Positions 63,453-64,000 of a stretch of 64,000 nucleotides of DNA are shown here, one piece after another. The translations under genes and the position numbers were made by a program. The stretch comes from an uncultured Bacteroidia bacterium (GTDB lineage Bacteria > Bacteroidota > Bacteroidia > Bacteroidales > UBA932): the NCBI GenBank assembly GCA_902768985.1, contig CACXNA010000003.1, positions 58,675-122,674 on the forward strand, in the 5' to 3' direction. Under the pieces are notes generated by a model that saw nothing but the letters and a program-made list of their open reading frames with translations, searched no databases and was not told the origin of the DNA. Positions within the stretch are counted from its first letter, which is position 1; each line of letters starts with the position of its first letter.

Positions 63453-64000
63453 TTACGCGCGGCCGCCGTAGGAGCGGTCAGCGGTGTTGACGTTGATCTT
63501 CTCGCCCGTCTCGATGAAGAGCGGAACCATCACCTTGGCGCCCGTCTCGAGGGTGACCTCCTTGAGGGCGGAGGTGGAGGCGGTGTTGCCCTTGACGGCC
63601 GGCTCGGAGTACGTGACCTCGAGGGTGACGTAGGTCGGGAGCTCGCAGGTCAGGCAGCGCTCCTCGCCCACGACGAACATCATTTCGACGTGCTGGCCTT
63701 CCTTCATCAGGTCGGCGTTCTCGACGAGGTCCTTCTGGAGCAGGATCTGCTCGTAGGTCTCTTCGTGCATGAAGTTGAAACCATCCTCCTCAGCGTAGAG
63801 GAACTGGTAGGGACGACGCTCGACTTCGATCGTCTCGATCTTCATGCCGGCGGTGAACGTATTCTCCAGGATGTTGCCGTTCTCCAGGTTGCGGAGCTTG
63901 GTCTTCACGAAAGCGGGGCCCTTGCCCGGCTTCACGTGCTGGAACCAGACGATCTGGCACGGCTTGCCGTTGTACTTGAGGAAAAGTCCGTTCTTAAAAT
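63453..64000 (-). CDS. efp: Elongation factor P (5' end beyond the window)
   Basis: It reads ...FKNGLFLKYNGKPCQIVWFQHVKPGKGPAFVKTKLRNL..., the canonical EF-P sequence. The ORF continues in frame to the window edge. Confidence 0.95.
   Translation of the reverse strand, partial: FKNGLFLKYNGKPCQIVWFQHVKPGKGPAFVKTKLRNLENGNILENTFTAGMKIETIEVERRPYQFLYAEEDGFNFMHEETYEQILLQKDLVENADLMKEGQHVEMMFVVGEERCLTCELPTYVTLEVTYSEPAVKGNTASTSALKEVTLETGAKVMVPLFIETGEKINVNTADRSYGGRA

Noticed and set aside
1-64000. Search by eye for tRNA, rRNA, tmRNA, RNase P, SRP RNA, prophage, integrase, restriction-modification, toxin-antitoxin or known defence genes.
   Set aside because: None was recognised. All larger intergenic regions are explained by promoters, terminators and the repeat families described. 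A tRNAscan, Infernal or DefenseFinder run would be needed to be definitive.

Overview
This is a 64-kb, high-GC chromosomal segment. It looks like Bacteroidota (Bacteroidales-like), which is an inference from three things. TAnnTTTG -7 promoter boxes sit in front of many genes, Shine-Dalgarno sequences are absent, and the gene content fits (DUF4290, DUF4783, FISUMP lipoprotein, GH95, HTCS-like regulator, ExbB/ExbD/TonB cluster). I call about 58 protein genes, almost all housekeeping: two ECF sigma factors, rsmD, nrnA-like, an FKBP lipoprotein, a MATE transporter, pta-ackA, comEC-like, apbE, ftsK, two SLT transglycosylases, a pepC-addB-addA-like operon, alr, rpmH (absent from the ORF track), rsmG, mscS, amgK/murU-like, a putative porin, an M13 peptidase, a lolE-like permease, rsmF-like, a NUDIX hydrolase, queA, dprA, tatD, ansA, exbB-exbD-exbD, asnS, udk, tonB-like, an AraC-type transmembrane sensor next to GH95, rlmH, a 1158-aa histidine kinase and efp. 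I found no rRNA, tRNA or CRISPR array. The many long ORFs antisense to these genes are GC-driven shadow ORFs. The one clearly accessory region is about 6.6-10.5 kb. There, a lower-GC cassette carries an HUH/Y1 (RAYT-like) transposase-like gene and an ECF sigma/anti-sigma module, and it is bracketed by an inverted pair of about 130-bp four-arm hairpin elements. The larger intergenic regions (6.6-6.9, 9.9-10.5, 19.9-20.2, 28.8-29.1 and 53.1-53.4 kb) are mosaics of several short structured repeat families. These include a 25-nt palindrome present three times, twice inside coding sequence. I regard this REP/RAYT-like repeat system as the most interesting content, and I did not recognise any other novel multi-gene system. 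All coordinates were derived by hand from the ORF-track anchors. Start codons and repeat borders are approximate.
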